This document shows, in pieces, positions 7,624 to 15,202 of a stretch of DNA of 32,000 nt (the first letter of the stretch is position 1; each line of letters starts with the position of its first letter). The DNA lies in assembly GCF_001564455.1 (NCBI RefSeq), contig NZ_CP011391.1, positions 1,650,001-1,682,000 on the forward strand. Direction: 5' to 3'. This DNA comes from Faecalibaculum rodentium. GTDB taxonomy: Bacteria; Bacillota_I; Bacilli_A; Erysipelotrichales; Erysipelotrichaceae. Made by a program: the position numbers and the translations under genes. The notes below the pieces were generated by a model that did not search any database, was not told where the DNA came from, and saw nothing but the letters and a program-made list of their open reading frames with translations.

Positions 7624-8277
7624 ATGTCAAAACAGCTGCCGCCACTGCCGGACGGCCGTGCATCCAGGATCCGCGTCAGGCGCCGCCTGCGCCGGGACAG
7701 ACTGACCGCCCTGCTGCTGGTCATGCTGGTCGCAGTCGCCGGATTCCATACACTGGAACAGTTCTTTGTCCATGACACCTATGCCTTCATTTCTCCGGAA
7801 AGCGAAGCGGTGAACCATGAACCCATGATTGCCGACTACGCCGCCCGGTATGGCATCCAGGACTACAAGCCCTGGCTGGTGGCCATCGTGGATGTGGAGT
7901 CCGGCGGACAGGGCGAAGATGTCATGCAGTCCAGCGAGTCCCTGGGACTGGACCCCAATTCCCTGACCACCGAGCAGAGCATTGACCAGGGCTGTTCCTA
8001 CTTTGCCACGCTGCTCGACAAGGCACAAACCCTTGGCGTGGATTTCAATGCCGTGCTCCAGGCCTACAATTACGGAGCCGGCTATCTGGACTATGTGGCA
8101 GTCCATGGAGGCATCCACACACAGGAACTCGCGGAATCCTTCGCAAAGGAGCAGTCCAGCGGCAAGACAAAAACCTACATGAATCCCGTGGCCATCAAGG
8201 CCAACGGCGGCTGGCGCTACGACTACGGCAACATGTTCTACGTGACCCTGGTCCACAATGCCGTCGATTCTCTGTAA
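7624..8277 (+). CDS. membrane-anchored lysozyme-like family protein (CwlT N-terminal muramidase-type domain)
   Basis: ATG 7624 is preceded by AAAGGGGGA. An N-terminal Arg-rich stretch is followed by a TM helix (LTALLLVMLVAVAGF). The signature is LVAIVDVESGGQGEDVMQSSESLGL...SIDQGCSYFATLL...LQAYNYGAGYLDYV. Confidence 0.8.
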   Translation: MSKQLPPLPDGRASRIRVRRRLRRDRLTALLLVMLVAVAGFHTLEQFFVHDTYAFISPESEAVNHEPMIADYAARYGIQDYKPWLVAIVDVESGGQGEDVMQSSESLGLDPNSLTTEQSIDQGCSYFATLLDKAQTLGVDFNAVLQAYNYGAGYLDYVAVHGGIHTQELAESFAKEQSSGKTKTYMNPVAIKANGGWRYDYGNMFYVTLVHNAVDSL

Positions 8278-8281
8278 TCCC

Positions 8282-8315
8282 CACCCGGTTCTCTTCACAG
8301 ATCCGGGTGTTTTTC
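8282..8315 (+). terminator. intrinsic terminator of the lysozyme-like gene
   Basis: CACCCGG (8282-8288) pairs with CCGGGTG (8303-8309), followed by TTTTTC. Confidence 0.65.
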
Positions 8316-8408
8316 TGTCCGCCTTTCACGATTGCCCTATCTTGCCGCTGCCATGGCAGTACCGTCTCTTCTGTCTGACGCTCTCTCTGGCCAGGCAGTG
8401 AACAAAGA

Positions 8409-8435
8409 CAAAAAACTGCGCCCAGTCAGCGCAGT
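8409..8435 (-). terminator. intrinsic terminator of the DHFR-like gene, overlapping its stop codon
   Basis: Minus-strand RNA reads ACUGCGC-UGACUGG-GCGCAGU followed by UUUUUUG. The TGA stop (8428-8426) lies in the loop. Confidence 0.5.
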
Positions 8436-8893
8436 CTTTCATAACTCAGGCAGACAAGCCCGTCGCTCTCGGATACCCGCTTCAGTGTCAGGGGCATCGA
8501 CGGGATACCGGCCTTGAACAGACGGACCTGTGAGCCCCGGAGTTCCGGGACGACCACCAGTTCATACTCGTCTATGAGGTCGGCCTTCATCAGCTTGTGG
8601 ATGGTCTTCGGGCCGGCACAGATCCAGATGGTCTTCCCTTCCTGGTCCTTCAGCGCCCGCAGGCACTCCGCCGCATCCCGGGTGTCAAACTGCACCCCGG
8701 TCGAATGCCTGACGGGACGCGGACTCAGCACCGTGATCTGACCGTTCGCATCCAGCCCCGGCTCCAGTTTTTCCCAGACATGAGTGTCGAAGAGGAACGA
8801 CTGCCCTCTGGTATCCGGCAGCCAGTCCATCTCATCCAGCAGGCAGCCATCCAGGGATACAGCGGTGAATAATCTGGCTTTCCTCACCGGCAT
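8426..8893 (-). CDS. dihydrofolate reductase family protein (RibD C-terminal domain-like)
   Basis: MPVRKARLFTAVSLDGCL...KTIWICAGPKTIHKLMKADLIDEYELVVVPELRGSQVRLFKAG is the typical RibD_C / DHFR-like pattern. ATG at 8893 overlaps the upstream TGA (TGATG). The track start at 8896 is a GTG. Confidence 0.8.
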   Translation of the reverse strand: MPVRKARLFTAVSLDGCLLDEMDWLPDTRGQSFLFDTHVWEKLEPGLDANGQITVLSPRPVRHSTGVQFDTRDAAECLRALKDQEGKTIWICAGPKTIHKLMKADLIDEYELVVVPELRGSQVRLFKAGIPSMPLTLKRVSESDGLVCLSYERLR

Positions 8894-10068
8894 CACCTCT
8901 GGGGCACGAATCCCGACTGACGGATGCAGTCCTTCAGGTACGGCACATACTTGTCGCTGTTGGCAATCGCATGAATATACAAGTGGTCTTCGTCTTTGCG
9001 GATCACGGCTTCGACCACCGCAAACCCGTCTTCTTCCCAGTCATCCATCCACAGCATGCCGCCTTCTTCCATGTGCGGTTCCTGGTCCATGACCTGGGCT
9101 TTGTCCGTCAGGATATGGTCATCCTTCGATGCCTGGATCAGCCACGACCATTCCCCTTCCTCCTTGTAGGGAGCCATGAGGTTGACGGAATTCGTCACGG
9201 GATCGAAGCTGCGTTCAGCTGCACCCGGGGCCACGACCTGACAGTCCGCAAAGAGGTGATAGACATCCCGGCTTCGGTACTGCACCGCCGGACCCGCCAT
9301 TTTCGGGCAGTCCTTCAGACGGTCTTCCCGTCCCAGCAGGTTGATCAGCAGAAAATACGTGTCCACCGGCAACGGCAGGGCCGGGTCCTTCTCATGGGCA
9401 ATCTCCAGATAGTCGCAGATCTCGTTGGCGGTCTTGATCGTCGCATCGTTCATCACCGTGTATTCGCCCACGCCTTCCTTCGCCAGCAGGGTCAGAGCCG
9501 CATTGCGATAGAACCGGGCATCCCGGTCCCAGTCATTCCAGACATAGAAGTAATCCATCAGGTCGTGCAGCTCCATGGACTGGAATTCCTTCTTTGACAG
9601 CGGCCCCCGGCTGGTCAGGATCTCGTCGTCCTCCGCCTTCGGCAGGAAATACGTCTCGTCATACAGGTAGTTTTTCCGCCGGAAATCCGGATCCGTCAGG
9701 ATCAGGTTCCGGATGTAATCCAGCTCGTTTTCATAGACATGGTGCAGACGGTGGAAATCTTCGTCGTTCGCGTATTCCAGGTCGTCAATCAGCTCGTATT
9801 TCCCCGGCTGTTCCTCTTCGATGTCCTTGAAGATATCCACACAGAAGGCATGGAAGCCCGCCCCCGCATGCCGGGTGTTGGCTGTGAGTGTCACATCCCG
9901 GTCTTCCTCCGTCACCAGGATCTTGCCCTGGGGGCACACCAGGATTTCCACGGCATCCCCGCGTTCCTCCGCCTGGATGCCTTCCCGTTCGCAGATCGCG
10001 CCAATGATCTGATACAGTTCTTCTATTTCCTTCGGACTCCGGTCCCTGCAAATCAGCTGTACAAACAT
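8893..10068 (-). CDS. hypothetical acidic cytoplasmic protein, 391 aa, no recognisable domain
   Basis: Strong SD (AGAAAGAAGGAGACAGC-ATG). The ORF is long and uninterrupted with normal composition, no signal peptide and no TM helix. Its stop overlaps the start of the DHFR-like gene. Confidence 0.7.
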   Translation of the reverse strand: MFVQLICRDRSPKEIEELYQIIGAICEREGIQAEERGDAVEILVCPQGKILVTEEDRDVTLTANTRHAGAGFHAFCVDIFKDIEEEQPGKYELIDDLEYANDEDFHRLHHVYENELDYIRNLILTDPDFRRKNYLYDETYFLPKAEDDEILTSRGPLSKKEFQSMELHDLMDYFYVWNDWDRDARFYRNAALTLLAKEGVGEYTVMNDATIKTANEICDYLEIAHEKDPALPLPVDTYFLLINLLGREDRLKDCPKMAGPAVQYRSRDVYHLFADCQVVAPGAAERSFDPVTNSVNLMAPYKEEGEWSWLIQASKDDHILTDKAQVMDQEPHMEEGGMLWMDDWEEDGFAVVEAVIRKDEDHLYIHAIANSDKYVPYLKDCIRQSGFVPQR

Positions 10069-10204
10069 GCTGTCTCCTTCTTTCTTCTTCCGGGCCTCCT
10101 GCAGAAGCGCCCGTTATTCTGTGCCTGCAGTCTCACCACTGCCGGTGCGGGTCAATCCGCCCAATCCTGCAGCCAATGAAAAAGACAGGATTCTGCTTCC
10201 TGCC

Positions 10205-10891
10205 TTACTGGTCCGTGACTGCCACCACACGCCACACGCTGGCGGGTTCTCCCGCCTCGCGGGCCCCGGTGACATCCGCCTGGTCCACATAATGCACATC
10301 ATCCATTCTGATTATCGTGCATTTGGCGGAAGTTTTGAATTCAGATGAATCCGGGCTGTCGGCGTAGGTGAGTGCGACCGTCCAGCTGTACCCGGGATAC
10401 GTCTGGTCCATGTACGTGACCTCTTCCTGTTTTTGGGAAGTCAGTTCCACGTTCGTGACCTCCGGCAGGGCACCCGGTCCCTGTTTGCTGCGGATGACAG
10501 GCAGGACATGATAGTAGTAATACTTTGCGTATTCCCGGAAGGCGTCTGCACTCGCGGAAGGGATCATGTCCATGCCCCCCACATCCCCCTCTTCTTCCTT
10601 GTTGGAGAGCGTGAAAAAGTCCGCCAGGAAATACGTGGCTGCCGCCTTCGCCTGATCTGCCTCATTCTGGGACAGCGAAGCGCTCAGGGCATCGTAGGTC
10701 CCGGCAATGTACTTCGTGGGATTTGCCGGGGCAAAATACGAGGGATTTTCCTTTACGGTGTAGGTTTTGGTTTCCTGCCGGAGTTCTTCTTCCTGCTTTG
10801 TGTCCTGCTGCGGTGTCAGCTTGGAGCAGCCGGTCAGAAGCAGGGCAGACAGGGCGAGATACGCCAGCGGTTTCAGTCGATTTCTTTGCAC
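10205..10891 (-). CDS. lipoprotein of unknown function (228 aa)
   Basis: MQRNRLKPLAYLALSALLLTGCSK is a signal peptide plus lipobox (LLTGC). The start codon is GTG with no SD, 6 nt downstream of a perfect TATAAT. Confidence 0.75.
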   Translation of the reverse strand: MQRNRLKPLAYLALSALLLTGCSKLTPQQDTKQEEELRQETKTYTVKENPSYFAPANPTKYIAGTYDALSASLSQNEADQAKAAATYFLADFFTLSNKEEEGDVGGMDMIPSASADAFREYAKYYYYHVLPVIRSKQGPGALPEVTNVELTSQKQEEVTYMDQTYPGYSWTVALTYADSPDSSEFKTSAKCTIIRMDDVHYVDQADVTGAREAGEPASVWRVVAVTDQ

Positions 10892-10955
10892 GGTGTGATT
10901 ATATCATGTCCAAAGCAAGTACAATAGAAGACAGAAACAAAGGATGTGAAGGAAC

Positions 10956-11837
10956 ATGAACCAGATCGCCAACGGCTGGGAAGAATACGAAGTCATTGAT
11001 ACAGGTAACCGGGAGAAGCTCGAGCGCTGGAACAAAGTCGTCCTGCGCCGGCCGGATCCCGTGGCCATCTGGCCGATCCGCAGCGAAGGAGAATGGAATC
11101 GTGCCGACGCTGTCTACCATCGGTCGAACAAAGGCGGCGGGTACTGGGAAACGAAAAAACCGGTGAAGGAAAACTGGACCATCGGCTACCGGGACCTGCG
11201 CTTCAAGATCTCCCCCACGGGATTCAAGCACACCGGGCTGTTCCCGGAACAGGCTGCCAACTGGGATTTCACCATGGAGGCCATCCGGGAGAGAAAAGCG
11301 AAATCGGACAACCCCGTGCGGATCCTGAACCTCTTTGCCTACACCGGCGGAGCCACCATGGCGGCCTCCAGAGCGGGAGCAGATGAAGTCGTGCACGTGG
11401 ATGCGTCGAAGGGCATCGTGGCCTGGGCCAAGGAGAACATGCATATCAACCACCTGGAAGACCACACGATCCGGTTCATCGTGGACGATGTGCTGAAGTT
11501 CGTAAAGCGGGAAATCCGCCGGGGCCGCAAATATGACGGCATCATTATGGATCCGCCTTCCTATGGCCGGGGACCGAACCAGGAGCTCTGGAAGCTGGAA
11601 GACCAGCTGTACGAACTCGTCAGCGAGTGCGCCAGGCTGCTCAGCGATGACCCGCTGTTTTTCCTCGTCAACTGCTACACCACGGGATTTCCCCTGTCAG
11701 CCATGAAAGAAACGCTGACCCGGGTGCTGGTGGATACACGCGGGGGCAGCGTGGAAGTCGGGGAAAACCTGCTGCCGGTCACAAAAGGCGGTGTTCTGCC
11801 CTGCGGCATTTTCGGTCGCTGGACACCGAAACAGTGA
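10956..11837 (+). CDS. class I SAM-dependent (RlmI/RlmK-like rRNA) methyltransferase
   Basis: SAM motif I is ILNLFAYTGGATMAAS, followed by the acidic VVHVDAS and motif IV IIMDPPSYGRGP. The overall pattern matches the PF10672-type methyltransferases. Confidence 0.85.
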   Translation: MNQIANGWEEYEVIDTGNREKLERWNKVVLRRPDPVAIWPIRSEGEWNRADAVYHRSNKGGGYWETKKPVKENWTIGYRDLRFKISPTGFKHTGLFPEQAANWDFTMEAIRERKAKSDNPVRILNLFAYTGGATMAASRAGADEVVHVDASKGIVAWAKENMHINHLEDHTIRFIVDDVLKFVKREIRRGRKYDGIIMDPPSYGRGPNQELWKLEDQLYELVSECARLLSDDPLFFLVNCYTTGFPLSAMKETLTRVLVDTRGGSVEVGENLLPVTKGGVLPCGIFGRWTPKQ

Positions 11838-11863
11838 TCCGCAAAAATCAATCATGATCCGCT

Positions 11864-11900
11864 GCCCTGCCTGGTGTATCTTAGCCGGCAGGGCTTTTTC
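11864..11900 (+). terminator. intrinsic terminator of the methyltransferase gene
   Basis: GCCCTGCC (11864-11871) pairs with GGCAGGGC (11887-11894), followed by TTTTTC. Confidence 0.65.
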
Positions 11901-11954
11901 TCTGTATGGGGATGGCCCCTCCACTGCCACCCGTGCAGGTGTCTGCCTCGAACG

Positions 11955-11978
11955 AAAAAGACCGCCCGCAGGCAGTCT
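11955..11978 (-). terminator. candidate intrinsic terminator of the oxidoreductase gene
   Basis: Minus-strand RNA reads GACUGCC-UGCG-GGCGGUC (7 bp including one G-U), followed by UUUUU. It lies about 48 nt after the stop at 12026. Confidence 0.45.
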
Positions 11979-12025
11979 CCAGACCCATGGTCTTCCACCG
12001 GATCCGGCATATGCCTCGCGGACAG

Positions 12026-13033
12026 TCAGTGGCCCGTCTCCGACGGAAACTCGATTCCCCACTCCTTCCGGATATCCGTCAGGATCTTCATTACGGATTT
12101 GGCCCGCAGCAGCCCTTCCGGCCGGCGTTCCTGTGAAATGGCTTCCTCCATTTCCGCTGCTTCGTACTCCAGCGCCTTCTCCGCATTACCGCAGCGGATC
12201 TCCTCCGTCCTGCCATCTGCATAACAGAGAATGGCATGGTCGGCCCGTGGGAATCCGTTGTCGACCCCTTCCTCGCGCTGGATCCCGTTCACCAGGATAT
12301 ACCCTTTTTCCAGACACAGCACCGCCTGTTCCGGCATCATGCAGTCCAGCGACAGAGCGATCGTGCCGATCTGGTTCCGGTCGTTCTGGACAATGATGGC
12401 ACTCGTGTCATCCACCCCCGTCGAAGCCCGGGACACACACGTCCGGATGGTTTCCGGCGTGCCGTCCAGATACAGGCAGAGAAAGCTCACGGCGTACAGA
12501 CCAATGTCCATCAGCGCCCCACCACCCAGGTCCAGGGAATAGAAGCGGCTCTTTGGATCAAAGGATTTCTGAATGCCATAAGACACCTGGATCATTTTCA
12601 GCCGGCCCAGCTTCCCGGATTCCATCACTTCCCGGATTTTCCGATAGAGCGGCATATGAAGCAGCGTGGTTCCGTCCATGAGCACAAGGCCCTTCTCTTC
12701 CGCCAGATCCAGACAGTGGCTGAACTGCCGGTCATTGAGACCCAGCGGCTTTTCGCAGAATACATGTTTTCCTGCCTGCAGCGCCGCCACGGTTTCCTGT
12801 TCGTGGACTTCGTTGGGCGTACCGATGTAGAGAATGTCCGCATCGCTGTCTGCGAGCATGGCCTCCAGCGAAGGATAGACGGTTCTGATTCCGTACTTGT
12901 CCGCTGCCTCTTTCGCACCCTCCTCGTCGATGGAAAAAATGCCGGTGATTTCATGTCCCGTGTCCTGCAGCGCCTGCGCCATCTGTGTGCTGATCCAGCC
13001 GGATCCCGTGATCGCCCATTTGTACTTTTGCAT
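12026..13033 (-). CDS. Gfo/Idh/MocA family NAD(P)-dependent oxidoreductase
   Basis: The N-terminal Rossmann segment is KWAITGSGWISTQMAQAL, followed by ILYIGTPNEVHEQETVAALQAGKHVFCEKPLGLN (the EKP motif). AAAGGAGAA SD precedes ATG 13033. Confidence 0.9.
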   Translation of the reverse strand: MQKYKWAITGSGWISTQMAQALQDTGHEITGIFSIDEEGAKEAADKYGIRTVYPSLEAMLADSDADILYIGTPNEVHEQETVAALQAGKHVFCEKPLGLNDRQFSHCLDLAEEKGLVLMDGTTLLHMPLYRKIREVMESGKLGRLKMIQVSYGIQKSFDPKSRFYSLDLGGGALMDIGLYAVSFLCLYLDGTPETIRTCVSRASTGVDDTSAIIVQNDRNQIGTIALSLDCMMPEQAVLCLEKGYILVNGIQREEGVDNGFPRADHAILCYADGRTEEIRCGNAEKALEYEAAEMEEAISQERRPEGLLRAKSVMKILTDIRKEWGIEFPSETGH

Positions 13034-13386
13034 TGTGTTCTCCTTTGTGTCTGATGATAAAGAAGCCCTTTTCCAGACTCTCCCTGACGCCGATACTGTA
13101 TCCGGCGTACCAAAGCGCTTTCAAGGCAGGTGACCGCATGGAATTCCGGTGTTTCGCCGATGGTGGAACAGAAGCTGGAACAGGGGAGTGACCGGCATCG
13201 AACCATTGGGGGCAGGCAGAATACACCCTGAACGCAACGGTACAGGCAGCCGCAAACAACTGCCTGTGCCGTTGAGATACATCCTGTAGCATCTCCAGTT
13301 GAAACAACGATCATGGCGAAACAGATTGACATTTATATACATATCAATCTTTTCTCTATACAATGCATGATATTTTAAAACCAGAT

Positions 13387-13483
13387 AAGATGGATTCCCT
13401 GTATGAGTGGAACTCTGCCCGCCGAAAAGCACCGGGATCACAGTCTTTCCGGCAACTGGGCGGGTTTTCGGGAGTGCCATCTT
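13387..13483 (+). promoter_or_regulatory. nested-helix RNA structure ending in a terminator-like hairpin, in the long leader of the MATE gene (unclassified)
   Basis: The outer helix pairs AAGATGG+ATTCCC (13387-13399) with GGGAGT-G-CCATCTT (13470-13483). An inner helix pairs CCCGCC (13418-13423) with GGCGGG (13459-13464) and is followed by TTTTC. The innermost helix pairs CCGG (13432-13435) with CCGG (13449-13452). It sits downstream of the AT-rich segment 13320-13385. Confidence 0.3.
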
Positions 13484-13633
13484 CTTCCCGAGTGGCTTCA
13501 ACCCCCTTTCATGCCCTGCTGTCATATATGAATATCCATATCAGGCATTTGCCTTTTTCCTGCACAAGGAACATACTCTCTCTGTCTGTCACCCGGTCAG
13601 ACATCAGACTGAACCGGCACAAAGGAGAAGCCC

Positions 13634-15010
13634 ATGAACGAATCGTCTGCACATCCAGGATCCACCATGCTGCAGGGACCGGTCTGGAACCGGATCCTGC
13701 TTTTTGCGCTGCCTGTTGCCGCCACCGGCATGCTCGAGCAGCTCTTCAACGCCTCTGACATCGCCATTGTCGGCTCCTTCGCCCAAACCGGGCGCACTGA
13801 AGCCGTGGCTGCTGTCGGTGCGAACAGTCCCATCGTCGGCCTGCTCGTGAATTTCTTCGTGGGCATTGCCCTGGGTGCCAATGTGGTCATAGCCCAGGCG
13901 GTGGGGCAGCGTAAACCGAAGACCATCGAACAGGCGGTCCAGACCTCCCTGCTGCTGGCCATCGCCTGCGGACTGGCCACCACGCTGATCGGCGAAGCGG
14001 TGATCGGGACGGGTCTCTCCCTCATGAACATCCCCGCCGACGTGTACCCCCATGCCCTGCAGTACATGCGCATCTACCTCGCCGGGATGCCCGCCATCCT
14101 CCTCTACAACTTCGAGGCATCGGTCTTCCGCAGCATCGGCGAGACAAAGACCCCGCTGCTGGCCCTGGCGGTATCGGGTGTCATCAACGTGATCCTCAAT
14201 CTCTTCTTCGTGATTGTTGTGCATCTCTCCGTGGCAGGGGTGGCCATTGCCACGGTGATCGCCAATGTCATCAGCTCCCTGATCCTGCTGGCGATCCTCC
14301 TGAAAACCGACAAACCCATCCGGCTGTCCCTTCATGACCTGCACCCCAGCAGGGCCGTTGCAGCCCGGATCCTGCGCATCGGCCTGCCCGCCGGTCTCCA
14401 GAGCTCGGTGTTCGCCATTGCCAACATCATCATCCAGACCGCCATCAACAGCCTCGGCACCGTGGTCATGGCCGCCAGCAGTGCAGCGTTCAACGTCGAG
14501 ATCTTCTGTTACTACGTCCTGAATTCCTTCACCCAGGCATGCACCACCTTCGTATCCCAGAACTACGGCGCCGGGCAGTTCGACCGCTGCCGGAAGATCC
14601 TCGGTGTGTCCATCACCGAAGGCATCCTTGCCACGGTGCTGTCCATTGCCCTGGTGCTTTCCTGCGGCCGCAGCCTGCTGGCCATCTTCAACAGCAGTCC
14701 CCAGGTCATTGAAAACGGGTACTGGCGAATGGTGATCGTCTTCGCGGGATACGTCTTCAGTGTCCTCTACGAAAGCTTCTCCGGCTACCTCCGGGGCTTC
14801 GGGATCTCCCTGGTCCCTGCCCTGCTCACGGTCCTCGGGGTCTGCGGTGTGCGCCTGGTGTGGGTGTTCGCGGTGTTCCCGCAGCATCCCACATTTCCGT
14901 TCCTCATGTTGTGTTTCCCCATCAGCCTGTGTGTGACCGCCCTGCTCATGGCCGGCGCCGTGTTCCATTGCCGGCCGGCAGTCCGGGAGAAAGCCGCTGC
15001 AGCTCAGTGA
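13634..15010 (+). CDS. MATE family efflux transporter
   Basis: AAAGGAGAA SD. The N-terminus LQGPVWNRILLFALPVAATGMLEQLFNASDIAIVG is characteristic of MATE / NorM-type proteins. About 12 hydrophobic segments are present. Confidence 0.9.
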   Translation: MNESSAHPGSTMLQGPVWNRILLFALPVAATGMLEQLFNASDIAIVGSFAQTGRTEAVAAVGANSPIVGLLVNFFVGIALGANVVIAQAVGQRKPKTIEQAVQTSLLLAIACGLATTLIGEAVIGTGLSLMNIPADVYPHALQYMRIYLAGMPAILLYNFEASVFRSIGETKTPLLALAVSGVINVILNLFFVIVVHLSVAGVAIATVIANVISSLILLAILLKTDKPIRLSLHDLHPSRAVAARILRIGLPAGLQSSVFAIANIIIQTAINSLGTVVMAASSAAFNVEIFCYYVLNSFTQACTTFVSQNYGAGQFDRCRKILGVSITEGILATVLSIALVLSCGRSLLAIFNSSPQVIENGYWRMVIVFAGYVFSVLYESFSGYLRGFGISLVPALLTVLGVCGVRLVWVFAVFPQHPTFPFLMLCFPISLCVTALLMAGAVFHCRPAVREKAAAAQ

Positions 15011-15102
15011 TCCTTCGTCAGTAAGGCCGATGGTGACAGTGACGGATATTGTCAGCCAGTGATTCCGGCTCCGGCCCTGATACAGCAGGAAATCATACAA
15101 TA

Positions 15103-15146
15103 CAGAACCCCCGGCAGCTATCCGTCCTGCCGGGGGTTCTGTTATT
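15103..15146. terminator. bidirectional hairpin terminator (perfect 15-bp stem) between the MATE and alpha-galactosidase genes
   Basis: CAGAACCCCCGGCAG (15103-15117) pairs perfectly with CTGCCGGGGGTTCTG (15127-15141), followed by TTATT. Confidence 0.7.
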
Positions 15147-15202
15147 CATCAGCCTGGGTACTTCAGAGCCATCATCCGCAGACTGCCGGAAGATTCCCGG
15201 AC

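Noticed and set aside
13185-13215. tRNA-like T-loop (minus strand GGTTCGATGCCGG) as a possible tRNA gene or attachment-site remnant
   Set aside because: I could not fold an acceptor stem, anticodon arm or proper T stem around it. It does not match the 3' end of the tRNA-Leu at 23863-23947.
13415-13445. Resemblance of GCCGAAAAGCACCGGGA to the 3' half of the ykkC (guanidine-I) riboswitch, which often precedes efflux genes
   Set aside because: Only this short stretch is similar. The conserved 5' elements I recall (GGGUUCCG and GGUCCGAGAG-type blocks) are absent and the pairing scheme differs. I leave it as an unclassified structured leader.
13604-15100. 498-aa minus-strand ORF
   Set aside because: It is the mirror image of the MATE transporter gene, with Gly/Asp/His/Glu-rich composition and no membrane or domain features.
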